DNA of 32,000 nt, taken from Candidatus Peribacter riflensis. Its GTDB lineage: Bacteria > Patescibacteriota > Gracilibacteria > Peribacterales > Peribacteraceae. Shown in pieces: positions 1 through 7,894 of this stretch (position 1 is its first letter; every line of letters begins with the position of its first letter). The stretch covers positions 120,001 through 152,000 of the forward strand of contig CP013062.1 of assembly GCA_001430755.1 (NCBI GenBank), given 5' to 3'. The translations under genes were made by a program, and so were the position numbers. The notes below the pieces were generated by a model. It saw nothing but the letters and a program-made list of their open reading frames with translations, was not told the DNA's origin and searched no databases.

Positions 1-600
1 GCTTTGGAAGAGGTGCGTGCGGGTGATGGGGGAGGTGCAGAGGAGCGGCCCCCAAAAGAAGTTGATGCTGTAGGCCTTGAGTCCATCGAAGATCCAGAAG
101 CACCGAATCGATTCGATTACTTTCTCCCCAATGCTCCATCCGCTGAGTTCGATAGTGTGGAAGATGACGTCGGAGCCGGGCGGTATCTGAAAGCCAATCG
201 AGACAGTGTGAGGATCCCATCCTCCTACCGCACTCAGGTCCACGATGATCGATGTGGGTGCCAGACTCGGCTGGAGTGTGACAGGAATTTGCATGTAGTT
301 GTTTGTTGCGCTCCCTTTTTTTCGCCACATGAATGAGATGGAAGCTCCCCGTGGACTGGTGTACAGGATCTCGACCACGTCGATGCGGTGCGAAAGCCCG
401 ATGGGCCGCGAGAGGATGCCGGGGACGGATGTCGTGATATGAATGCCATCGGGCACCAGGCCGACGTTCTTGAGTCCGATGGTCTGCCACTGGGCCTGTT
501 CCGCAGAGTCGCCCAAGCGCAGCGTCGTCTGTTCCTCGGCCGAGGCGGCCATCGGCAGGGCGAGTATGAGTGCAGCGAAGAGGAGTAAGCGCAGACGCAT
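1..600 (-). CDS. Hypothetical exported/membrane protein, N-terminal 200 codons only (gene runs off the left edge)
   Basis: Absent from the ORF track because it has no stop in the window. The reverse-strand ATG at 600..598 opens a frame that stays open for exactly 200 codons to position 1: MRLRLLLFAALILALPMAASAEEQTTLRLGDSAEQAQWQTIGLKNVGLVPDG... The N-terminus looks like a classical signal peptide (basic n-region, hydrophobic core, A-S-A). The antisense ORF 4..336 (+) is rejected in its favour. Confidence 0.6.
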   Translation of the reverse strand, partial: MRLRLLLFAALILALPMAASAEEQTTLRLGDSAEQAQWQTIGLKNVGLVPDGIHITTSVPGILSRPIGLSHRIDVVEILYTSPRGASISFMWRKKGSATNNYMQIPVTLQPSLAPTSIIVDLSAVGGWDPHTVSIGFQIPPGSDVIFHTIELSGWSIGEKVIESIRCFWIFDGLKAYSINFFWGPLLCTSPITRTHLFQS

Positions 601-672
601 GAGAAAGTCGGCGATATGGTACATCAACTCGATGTTGGTTTTTCGGATATTCCGCATAACCAGTGTCACTCT

Positions 673-716
673 GAGCTCTGTCGAAGGGCGACACATGCCA
701 TGGTTCGACAGAGCTC
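673..716 (-). terminator. Perfect 13-bp inverted repeat (GAGCTCTGTCGAA / TTCGACAGAGCTC, 18-nt loop) just downstream of the alaS stop
   Basis: Arms at 673-685 and 704-716, read directly from the sequence. It lies 17 nt after the alaS stop (733) on the minus strand. No U-tract follows on either strand, so it could be an atypical terminator or a protein-binding palindrome. Confidence 0.3.
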
Positions 717-732
717 ACCATGACATTCTTCC

Positions 733-2583
733 TCACTCTTCCTGAGCCACCGTGATCTCTGCCGGGCCTCCTTCGATCACCGCCTTGATGCGCCGCACAC
801 CTGCAGAAGAGCTCTCTTCTTTCTGGATCGTGAGGGAGCCGAGCATACCGGTACGGGCCACGTGCGGGCCGCCGCAGATTTCTTTGCTGAAGATTCCTTT
901 TTTGTCGTCCCCGACCACGTACACCTTCACCTCAGCGCCGTACTTGGCATCGAAGACCCCGATCGCCCCCTCCTTCTTCGCGCCCTCCACGCTCGTGACG
1001 TGGTAGGCCACGGGCAGGTCGGCGGCGATGGTCTCGTTCACCAGTCGCTGCACCTCTTTCAGCTGCTCCGGCGTCATTTTGTCTACGTGACTGAAGTCGA
1101 AGCGCAGCCGCTCCGCTGTGATGTTCGAGCCCTTCTGGTACACATGATCGCCCAGCACTTTCCGCAGTGCGGCATTGAGCAGATGCGTGGCTGTGTGGAG
1201 CTTGGTGGTTTCGCTGCTGTGATCCTGCAGGCCGCCCTTGAACTTCTGCTCGGCGCCCGCCCGCGACAGGGCCTGGTGCTCCTCGAATTTTTCTTTGAAC
1301 CCCTTCTCATCCACGGTGAGCCCTTTTTCCAGGGCCAGCTCCTTCGTGAGCTCCAGGGGAAAGCCGTACGTGTCGTACAGGTGAAAGACCACGGTGCCAT
1401 CCATCTGTGTTCCCGCATGTTCCGTTGCCCGTTCGAACTGTTTCATTCCTTCTTTCAGCGTCTTGCCGAACTGCTGCTCTTCCCGGCTCAGGGCTTCGAG
1501 AATTTCAGTTCTCCGGTCCTTCAGCCTTCCGTACACGTGCCCGTACTGGGCGATCACTGCCTCGGCGACTGCGGGCGTGAACGTGCCATCGTGCTCGATC
1601 TTCAGCTGGCGTGCGGAGCGGATGGCCCGCCGGATGAGGCGGCGCAGGATGTAGCCCTGATCCACATTCGAGGGGAGGACGCCATCCGCGATGATGAACG
1701 TGGCGGCCTTGAGGTGATCCACGATGATGCGCAGGTGTCGCTCATCCCTCTGGTCGGCCATTTCCATCACACAATCCATAATCGGTTTCATCCGGTCCGT
1801 CTCGTACACGCTCGCGACGTTCTGCAGCACCTTGGCGACGCGCTCCAATCCCATGCCCGTATCCACGTTCTGCTGCGCGAGGGGCTCGAAGGTCCCTCCC
1901 TCGCTCGGTCTCTCCCCGGAGGGGAGAGAAGGATCGGAAGGGACGAGTTTTTTGTTGTACTGCATAAAAACATCATTCCAAATCTCGAGCCATTCCTTTT
2001 CATGCGTCGCGGGATTGCCCTGCGGTTTGCCTTTTCCAATCCAGAAGAACATCTCGGTATCGGGTCCGCACGGGCCGGTCTGCCCTGCCGGGCCCCACCA
2101 GTTCTTGGCCTTGGGCAGAAAGCCGATGCGCTCGCGGGGGATGCCCAGCTTCTCCCAGATCTTCGCCGACTCCTCATCCTTCGGCGCATCTTTGTCCCCT
2201 TCAAAGCACGTCACTGCCAGCATGTCGACGGGAATCTGCAGCACCTCGGTGAGAAATTTGAAGCTCATCTCGATCGCTCCTTCCTTGAAGTAATCGCCCA
2301 GACTCCAGTTGCCCAGCATCTCGAAGAAGGTGAGGTGGCTCAAATCACCCACTTCGTCGATGTCCTGCGTGCGGATGCAGCGCTGCACGTCGGTGAGCCT
2401 CTTGCCCGCCGGGTGTTTCTCGCCCATGAGGTACGGCACCAGCGGATGCATGCCGGCCGTGGTGAAGAGCACGGTGGGATCATTCTCAGGCACGAGCGAG
2501 GCGCCCGGAATCACGGCGTGCCCTTCCTTTTTGAAGAAATCCAAGTATTGCTGCCGGATGTCATCGGTACTCATGGGGCGCAT
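733..2583 (-). CDS. alaS: Alanyl-tRNA synthetase, short form (catalytic, tRNA-recognition and editing domains; no C-Ala domain)
   Basis: From ORF 733..2670 (-). MSTDDIRQQYLDFFKKEGHAVIPGASLVPENDPTVLFTTAGMHPLVPYLMGEKHP...FFEMLGNWSLGDYFK is the class II AlaRS core. The editing-domain metal motifs HTATHLLNAALRKVLG and CGGPHV lie near the C-terminus. Start set at ATG 2583 (MRPMSTDD), 10 nt downstream of a TACACT hexamer (2599..2594). ATG 2574 (MSTDD) is an equally plausible alternative. The Pro/Cys-rich extension to 2670 is rejected. Confidence 0.93.
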   Translation of the reverse strand: MRPMSTDDIRQQYLDFFKKEGHAVIPGASLVPENDPTVLFTTAGMHPLVPYLMGEKHPAGKRLTDVQRCIRTQDIDEVGDLSHLTFFEMLGNWSLGDYFKEGAIEMSFKFLTEVLQIPVDMLAVTCFEGDKDAPKDEESAKIWEKLGIPRERIGFLPKAKNWWGPAGQTGPCGPDTEMFFWIGKGKPQGNPATHEKEWLEIWNDVFMQYNKKLVPSDPSLPSGERPSEGGTFEPLAQQNVDTGMGLERVAKVLQNVASVYETDRMKPIMDCVMEMADQRDERHLRIIVDHLKAATFIIADGVLPSNVDQGYILRRLIRRAIRSARQLKIEHDGTFTPAVAEAVIAQYGHVYGRLKDRRTEILEALSREEQQFGKTLKEGMKQFERATEHAGTQMDGTVVFHLYDTYGFPLELTKELALEKGLTVDEKGFKEKFEEHQALSRAGAEQKFKGGLQDHSSETTKLHTATHLLNAALRKVLGDHVYQKGSNITAERLRFDFSHVDKMTPEQLKEVQRLVNETIAADLPVAYHVTSVEGAKKEGAIGVFDAKYGAEVKVYVVGDDKKGIFSKEICGGPHVARTGMLGSLTIQKEESSSAGVRRIKAVIEGGPAEITVAQEE

Positions 2584-2603
2584 GCAGGGGCGCAGTGTAG
2601 CAA

Positions 2604-2626
2604 GGGGGGGTGGGGTGGGGATAGGG
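2604..2626 (+). other. G-quadruplex-type tract GGGGGGG-T-GGGG-T-GGGG-ATA-GGG in the alaS/kinase divergent intergenic region
   Basis: Four G-runs of at least 3 with 1-3 nt loops, read directly. On the minus strand the C-rich complement abuts the alaS -10-like hexamer and covers the -35 position. Confidence 0.5.
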
Positions 2627-2696
2627 CAGGCCCGCCGGAATGGTTCAAACATGGCAGACGCAGAACACAACGAATGTGGCTTTAGAAGCCAAAATC

Positions 2697-2705
2697 TGGT
2701 ACAAT
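2697..2705 (+). promoter_or_regulatory. Extended -10 promoter candidate TGgTACAAT for the sensor kinase gene
   Basis: TG at 2697-2698 and TACAAT at 2700-2705. The ATG at 2720 lies 14 nt downstream with no purine-rich Shine-Dalgarno between them, so the leader would be very short. Confidence 0.4.
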
Positions 2706-2719
2706 AGGGTTAAACACAC

Positions 2720-4162
2720 ATGATTCCTACGACATCCCCATCACCGTGGAGGAAAAGCTTCTTCTCCTGGAAGACGATTGTGTTGCTTGGCATTGCATTC
2801 GCCACGGTCGCGTGCGCCTGCGTGTTCTTCTTCCTCCGCAGTCGCGAGGTGATTGACCGGCTGGTGAAGGACCGTCTGCGCAACGAAGCGGCGATTGCCG
2901 CGCTCTCCTTCGCCGGCGAGGAGCTCGATGCGATCCGTTCGACATCCGAGATGCAGTCGACGAAATTCGGCGAACTTGTCTGGCGGCTCAATGATATCCG
3001 TGCGCGGTCGCCGCAGATCCGCTTTGCATACATCATGCGCCGGACCGCAGATCCGCTGACGCTCGAATTTGTGGTGGATGCCGATGCGCTCAATACGCCG
3101 GAGCAGCTCGATAGCAACGGCAACGGCATTGTGGAGTTATCCGAAGGGCCGGGTCTGCCTGGTGAACCGTACGATATCTCGACCATTCCGGCCCTGCAGG
3201 ATGCCGCGTTCCAGGGTCCTGCCACCGACGAAGACGTCACTCTCGACCAGTGGGGGTACGCCCTGTCCGGCTACGCGCCCATCCGTTACGCCGACGGACG
3301 CGTGGCAGCCGTACTCGGCATCGACATGACGGCCGAAAACTATGCACAGATCCGTCAGAGCATCTTCTCGATGCAGTCGCTCCTGCTCGTGCTCTTCGGC
3401 GGCATGCTCGTCATCTTCGCGGTCATCGCGATCATCTGGCGCCGTCGGGTGCAGGAAATGGGTCATCTCGATGACGAACGCCGATGGCTTCTGCAGCTCA
3501 TTCTGCACCAGGTGGGTACGCCGCTCACCATCTTCCGCTGGGGGGTGGAATCGCTCCGTGAGGCACTGCCCCGCCTGCCCGATGCGGCGCGCGCAGAGAT
3601 GGAGGAGAACATTCTCATCATGGAAGACGGCGTCTCGCGCCTCGGTCATGTGTCGGAGGTGCTCCTGGCCGCTGATCGTATTCAGGAGGGGAATGTGCGT
3701 GTTGCCGACGAACAAGTCTCTCTGCAGAGCGTACTCGATGAGACGAAGGAGGGTATCGCGCAGCAGCTGGCCAAACGGGGACAGAAGCTCGAGGTGGATG
3801 TATCCGCAGACTGCACACTCCATCTGGATCGACGCCTGCTCGCCGGTGTTCTGCGCGAGCTCCTGGATAACGCCATGGTCTACTCGCCCAAAGACGGCGT
3901 GATCACGGTGCGTGTGCTCCGGCACAACCGGTCTGTGGAGGTGAGCGTGCAGGACCGCGGGGCGGGCATTCCGCGCGAAGACCTGTCACGCATGTTCGAG
4001 CGGTTCAGCCGCGGATCCAATGCGGGAAAATTCGATCCCAACGGGACGGGTGTGGGTCTGTACATTGCCAAGGGCATCATCGAACGCTTCGGCGGAAAAA
4101 TCTCCATGTACTCCACGGAGGGGGAGGGGACGACGATCACGTTTACGCTCCCTTTGGTGTAG
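2720..4162 (+). CDS. Membrane sensor histidine kinase with a periplasmic Cache/PDC-like domain
   Basis: 480 aa. TM1 is WKTIVLLGIAFATVACACVFFFL and the extracytoplasmic segment ends ...GYAPIRYADGRVAAVLGIDM. TM2 is LLLVLFGGMLVIFAVIAIIW and the H-box is LILHQVGTPLTIF. HATPase_c motifs are LRELLDNAMVYS, VQDRGAGIP and GTGVGLYIAKGIIERFGG. No response regulator gene is present in the window. Confidence 0.9.
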   Translation: MIPTTSPSPWRKSFFSWKTIVLLGIAFATVACACVFFFLRSREVIDRLVKDRLRNEAAIAALSFAGEELDAIRSTSEMQSTKFGELVWRLNDIRARSPQIRFAYIMRRTADPLTLEFVVDADALNTPEQLDSNGNGIVELSEGPGLPGEPYDISTIPALQDAAFQGPATDEDVTLDQWGYALSGYAPIRYADGRVAAVLGIDMTAENYAQIRQSIFSMQSLLLVLFGGMLVIFAVIAIIWRRRVQEMGHLDDERRWLLQLILHQVGTPLTIFRWGVESLREALPRLPDAARAEMEENILIMEDGVSRLGHVSEVLLAADRIQEGNVRVADEQVSLQSVLDETKEGIAQQLAKRGQKLEVDVSADCTLHLDRRLLAGVLRELLDNAMVYSPKDGVITVRVLRHNRSVEVSVQDRGAGIPREDLSRMFERFSRGSNAGKFDPNGTGVGLYIAKGIIERFGGKISMYSTEGEGTTITFTLPLV

Positions 4163-4895
4163 GGGATGCAAGGTTCGTGCGCTGTGCCCCGTGGCCGTTC
4201 TTATGGCTGTGTGAAGATCCATTCCTGTGGATGCGGTGCAGGGGCTTTGGTGGTTCTGTCGGCAGGAGAGTTGTCTGTTCGAGTGCGGTCAGCAATGAGC
4301 GGAATGGCGTGAGTTGCGCGTCGATCTGGTTTGCCGTTTCGGTGTGTGTGCGGGGATGTTTGTGGGCGAGAGTGGTGATCTGCAGGCGCGTGCTCTCCAT
4401 CTCTGCCCGGATTTTTTCCGCGATTGCAGAGGCCTGCTGCCGTGTTTCAGAGAGTGCATCGGACATCGTTCGCATGGCGTGCTCTTCTAATTGTGCAAAA
4501 GAATTTCCTGTCTGCTGCAATTGCTGTTCCAGTGCAGCGATATCTTCGGGCGGGAGCGTTTCGAGGCAGAAATCCACGAGCAAATTATGGGTCAGGGTGT
4601 CGCGTTTTTGAAACAGGCGCATGATTCTCGCAATGCGGCGCTTCGGTTGCTGGGCCCTGCGGATCTGTTCCATGAAGACCTCAATATCGTGGGCATCCGT
4701 CATCGCCTGCGCCTGTCCGTACTTGGCCAGCACCACGAAACGGCTGGTCCGCTCGAATGCGGCATAGGCAGCACGAAACAAATCTCTCACCTGAGAGACC
4801 TCCGCACTCAGGGTAGCAAGGGTGGATGATGGGCCGGCTTCGTGACGTGTGACGGGGGTACTCTCTCTCGTTTCAGACATCGCAACCTTTGACAT
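4143..4895 (-). CDS. Hypothetical all-helical/coiled-coil protein
   Basis: 250-aa ORF with Q/E/A/L-rich heptad-like composition and no motif I recognise. Supported by its own promoter-like element (next feature), whose -10 lies 8 nt upstream of the ATG at 4895. Its 3' end overlaps the convergent kinase gene by 20 nt. Confidence 0.6.
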   Translation of the reverse strand: MSKVAMSETRESTPVTRHEAGPSSTLATLSAEVSQVRDLFRAAYAAFERTSRFVVLAKYGQAQAMTDAHDIEVFMEQIRRAQQPKRRIARIMRLFQKRDTLTHNLLVDFCLETLPPEDIAALEQQLQQTGNSFAQLEEHAMRTMSDALSETRQQASAIAEKIRAEMESTRLQITTLAHKHPRTHTETANQIDAQLTPFRSLLTALEQTTLLPTEPPKPLHRIHRNGSSHSHKNGHGAQRTNLASPTPKGA

Positions 4896-4903
4896 ACGTT
4901 AGA

Positions 4904-4934
4904 ATTATGCTACCCGTATTTTGAGTTCTGTCAA
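4904..4934 (-). promoter_or_regulatory. Sigma70-like promoter TTGACA-N19-CATAAT, with the -10 lying 8 nt from the ATG (leaderless layout)
   Basis: Minus strand: TTGACA at 4934..4929, CATAAT at 4909..4904, then tctaacgt, then ATG at 4895. Confidence 0.45.
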
Positions 4935-4962
4935 TGCTCCCCGGCAGGCCCAGATTGACGGT

Positions 4963-6492
4963 TTACCCCAGGCTACAGCGGATCTTTCCGGCCTCGACGA
5001 TATCGGCCGTGAGGGCGGCGGGATCAGTGTTCGCCATGAGCCGATGGAAAATGTTTGAGGTGATATTGCGGTGGATGATGTGATGCGGTTTTTCGGGCTG
5101 CAGAGCGATGCCGAGAATTTCCTCGATGGCGGCGATGTCTTCGCGGATTCCCTCGAATGCCGTGTCGCGCCGTGCGAGAAGATCTAGGTTCTCGCGGTTC
5201 AGGTACTTGCCCGCATGTTTCAGATCTTCGCGCAGGGCGGGGTAGTGCGCTTCGAGCAGGGGCAGAAGATTCCGTTCATGCGCGATCTTGAGTCCCCGCC
5301 CCGTGGTGATGAGTTCGGGAGGGATGCCGAGGGAGTAGAACGCCGCCGTGAAGGTGATGGCCCGGGGGAGTTTGACGGCACCGATGCCGCGGCTGTAGCC
5401 GAAGAGCCCGATGTGCAGCAGGCGTTCGCGGCGCGAGGGCACGTACGGCGCGATGCGATTCACCATCGGCGCCAGTGCTTCGATCGCGGGTTTCCAGATG
5501 GTGACGAAAATTTCGGCGAGCGCGCGCAGCTTTTGGCGGTCTGCGTCAGAGATGCGCTTCACGGTGCGCTTGGGGGCTTCGGCCTTGATCGTCGCGAGCG
5601 CCCGCTCCACTTCCGGCAGCGGGTAGTCGTAGCGGAAGGCCGACTGGATGGAGTACGTGCGCGTGCCCGCGTACTGATCCAGAAATGTTTCGGTGTAGGC
5701 GGGGTTCACACTGCCGCGGAAGGGGAGCGAGCCCGTGCCGAGAATCGGGTGGACGGGGAATCCCAGTTGCTCCCCCAGCAGATCAGCTGCGCTCAGGGCG
5801 GCGCGCACGGCGAGCACGGCGGGGATGAGGCCGGAATTCATGGCCGGATCGGAACGCGCCAAAAACACGCGCTGGCCGCGGGTCTTGAGATCCTTCTTCT
5901 CCTTCAAAAGCTCCTGCCAGTAGGGCTCCAGAATGTTCTCGATCGCGAAGAGCGAATCGATATCCTCCACCAGCGGTGTGACGTGAATCAGGTCGAGCAG
6001 GTGATGCTCGTCCTCCTGGCTCCGGTGAAAGATCGCACGGTGGTAATCGGCGATTTCGCGAAAGGCGCGGCGCGCCCCGATGGGCTGCTCCGCCGATGTG
6101 GTGAGCGGCAGGAACATTTCGGTCACCGGCGGCCGCCTGAGTCCGATTTCCTTGGCTAGGTCCGCGAGCGAGAGGATGTTCATGAAGGCGCGTGCCGCGC
6201 GGTGCGTCTTGCCCTCCTGCCACGAGGGGATGCGGAAGGTCAGGTGGATATCCTCCCCCAGGGTTTTCTGCTGAAAGAAATCCTGTGCCCGCGAGAAGAG
6301 CTTTTCCCCCACAGCCTCATCCACGTACTTGCCCTCCCAGTCCCACATGTACTCGTCGATGGGGAGTTCTTTGAAGAGCAGCAGCAGTTCCTCGATTTCG
6401 TCCTGCGTCGGGATGAACGCATCTTTCCGCCACCACGGGACGGATGCGTTGTCCGGGTGCTGCGTTGCCATGGTGACGGGCGGCCAAATCAT
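4963..6492 (-). CDS. ppcA: Archaeal-type phosphoenolpyruvate carboxylase (PepcA family, about 500 aa)
   Basis: 509 aa. The N-terminal MATQHPDNASVPWW matches the hallmark (M/S)TQHPDN start of the short archaeal-type PEPC family. The size fits that family and not the roughly 900-aa bacterial Ppc. Start at ATG 6492 is supported by a TAGGAT hexamer (6504..6499) 6 nt upstream. ATG 6471 is an alternative. Confidence 0.82.
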   Translation of the reverse strand: MIWPPVTMATQHPDNASVPWWRKDAFIPTQDEIEELLLLFKELPIDEYMWDWEGKYVDEAVGEKLFSRAQDFFQQKTLGEDIHLTFRIPSWQEGKTHRAARAFMNILSLADLAKEIGLRRPPVTEMFLPLTTSAEQPIGARRAFREIADYHRAIFHRSQEDEHHLLDLIHVTPLVEDIDSLFAIENILEPYWQELLKEKKDLKTRGQRVFLARSDPAMNSGLIPAVLAVRAALSAADLLGEQLGFPVHPILGTGSLPFRGSVNPAYTETFLDQYAGTRTYSIQSAFRYDYPLPEVERALATIKAEAPKRTVKRISDADRQKLRALAEIFVTIWKPAIEALAPMVNRIAPYVPSRRERLLHIGLFGYSRGIGAVKLPRAITFTAAFYSLGIPPELITTGRGLKIAHERNLLPLLEAHYPALREDLKHAGKYLNRENLDLLARRDTAFEGIREDIAAIEEILGIALQPEKPHHIIHRNITSNIFHRLMANTDPAALTADIVEAGKIRCSLG

Positions 6493-6498
6493 GGCGAC

Positions 6499-6531
6499 AT
6501 CCTACCGTGATTGTCTGAGGCGGAATATGAT
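6499..6531. promoter_or_regulatory. Back-to-back divergent -10 elements: TAGGAT on the minus strand for ppcA and TATGAT on the plus strand for the aminotransferase
   Basis: TAGGAT at 6504..6499 lies 6 nt from ATG 6492 (-). TATGAT at 6526-6531 lies 9 nt from ATG 6541 (+). The two start codons are only 48 nt apart and neither has a Shine-Dalgarno sequence. Confidence 0.4.
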
Positions 6532-6540
6532 TTCCCCCGC

Positions 6541-7698
6541 ATGACCCCCTCCCCGTTTTCAGCGCTTGGCCCTGCGCCGATTGATCCCATCTTCGCCATT
6601 GCGGCCGAGGCGAAGGCCGCGGGGGCCGCGGCCATCGATGCCACGGTGGGCATGATACTCGATGAGGCGGGCAAGCCGCTCGTGCTGCCGTGCGTGCGGC
6701 AGGCGGCAGCCGCTCTGGCGGAAGGGGACTTTGCGTATCCGCCACTCCTCGGTCTGCCGGCGTTCCGCTCCTGCGTCACGCAGCTCATCTTCGGCGACCG
6801 GTCCGGAGCCATCGCTTCGATCGCGGCCACGGGGGGCACGGGGGCCGTGGCGTTGAACCTCAAGCTGCTGAAACTCCTCGGTATTACTGAAGTGATCCTG
6901 CCGGTTCCGTCGTGGCCCAATCATCGCCGGCTGCTCACCGGGCTCGGGTTTTCGGTGCAGGAAGTTTCGTATCTGCAGGAGGGAAGGCCCACGCTGCGTT
7001 CGCTCCAAGAGAAACTGGCTTCCATGCGCTCCCCATGCGGAGTGCTGCTGCAGGGCGGCGGCCACAATCCGACGGGGGTGGATTTCTCGCCTGAACAATG
7101 GAAGGAACTCTCCCAACTCCTCGGCGCTACGCAACACGTGGTCCTGCTCGATCTGGCGTACCAGGGTCTGGCGCGTGGAGTCGAGGAAGATGCCGGGCCC
7201 GCCCGTCTGTTCGTAGAGAGCGGCGCTCCGCTGCTCGTTGCATGGTCGGCCTCCAAGAACCATTCGATCTACGGACTCAGAACGGGGCTGGCCTGCGTCA
7301 TCGCGGATGACCCGGCGATGCATCAAAATCTGGAACGCCACTTCATGATCCTGGCGCGCGAAATGCACTCCGCGGCGCCCGTGCCCGGGCAGTCTATTGT
7401 GGCGCTTGTCCAGGAGCGGCACGGCGATGCGTGGCGCAGAGAGATCGCAGAGGTCCGCACACACATTGATCGCAAGCGCCGTCTATTGCAGGAGGCATTT
7501 CCATCCTTTGCGGTGGCGCTGGCCGGCAGGGGGCTCTACGCGCTGCTGCCGCTCTCATCCGCTCAGGTGGATGCACTCAAGCGGCAGAACATCTTCCTCG
7601 GGCAAGACGGGCGCGTGAACATCGCGGGCATCCCCGATGCGCGGATGGACGAGTTCGTCACGCGCGCCCGATCCATCACCGCATCATTGCCCCGGTGA
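6541..7698 (+). CDS. Class I (AspC/TyrB-like) aspartate/aromatic aminotransferase
   Basis: From ORF 6511..7698. FSALGPAPIDPIFAIAAEAK...VGMILDE aligns with the AspC N-terminus (AAPADPILGL...GVYKDE). Further matches are HNPTGVDF, the PLP-lysine motif SASKNHSIYGLRTG (compare SFSKNFGLYGERVG) and GRVNIAGI. Start moved to ATG 6541 because TATGAT lies inside the 6511 extension, 9 nt upstream of 6541. 6511 remains possible. Confidence 0.88.
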   Translation: MTPSPFSALGPAPIDPIFAIAAEAKAAGAAAIDATVGMILDEAGKPLVLPCVRQAAAALAEGDFAYPPLLGLPAFRSCVTQLIFGDRSGAIASIAATGGTGAVALNLKLLKLLGITEVILPVPSWPNHRRLLTGLGFSVQEVSYLQEGRPTLRSLQEKLASMRSPCGVLLQGGGHNPTGVDFSPEQWKELSQLLGATQHVVLLDLAYQGLARGVEEDAGPARLFVESGAPLLVAWSASKNHSIYGLRTGLACVIADDPAMHQNLERHFMILAREMHSAAPVPGQSIVALVQERHGDAWRREIAEVRTHIDRKRRLLQEAFPSFAVALAGRGLYALLPLSSAQVDALKRQNIFLGQDGRVNIAGIPDARMDEFVTRARSITASLPR

Positions 7699-7894
7699 TC
7701 CGCAACATGTAAGCGGGGCAAACAGCCGTGTGAAGTTTGGCAGATGCTCACTCGTTTCCGCATGCAGAAGGGCTGAGCGAACCACGCTGTCTGTTGTCAA
7801 AAAATTGAACAGTACCGTGCAGCCGACCCGGAGGCTGATTGACTGCTCCACTCACCGTGACTACAAGGGGGCATCCCTTTCCCCCTCCTCTCCC

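Noticed and set aside
4-336. A 110-aa plus-strand ORF at the left edge.
   Set aside because: The opposite strand carries a 200-codon open frame (1..600) that begins with a convincing signal peptide. The plus-strand ORF is its antisense shadow.
862-2685. A 607-aa plus-strand ORF antisense to alaS. Similar long antisense or off-frame ORFs include 3137..3925, 5215..6159, 6559..7464, 18741..19877, 19081..21033, 19923..20930, 21411..22409, 22812..23780, 23793..24602, 24566..25441, 27354..28508, 28617..29582 and 30109..30984.
   Set aside because: All lie opposite to, or out of frame with, genes that have unmistakable conserved motifs. Their translations are Arg/Gly/Ala/Pro/His-rich and low in complexity, which is typical of stop-poor alternative frames in GC-rich DNA.
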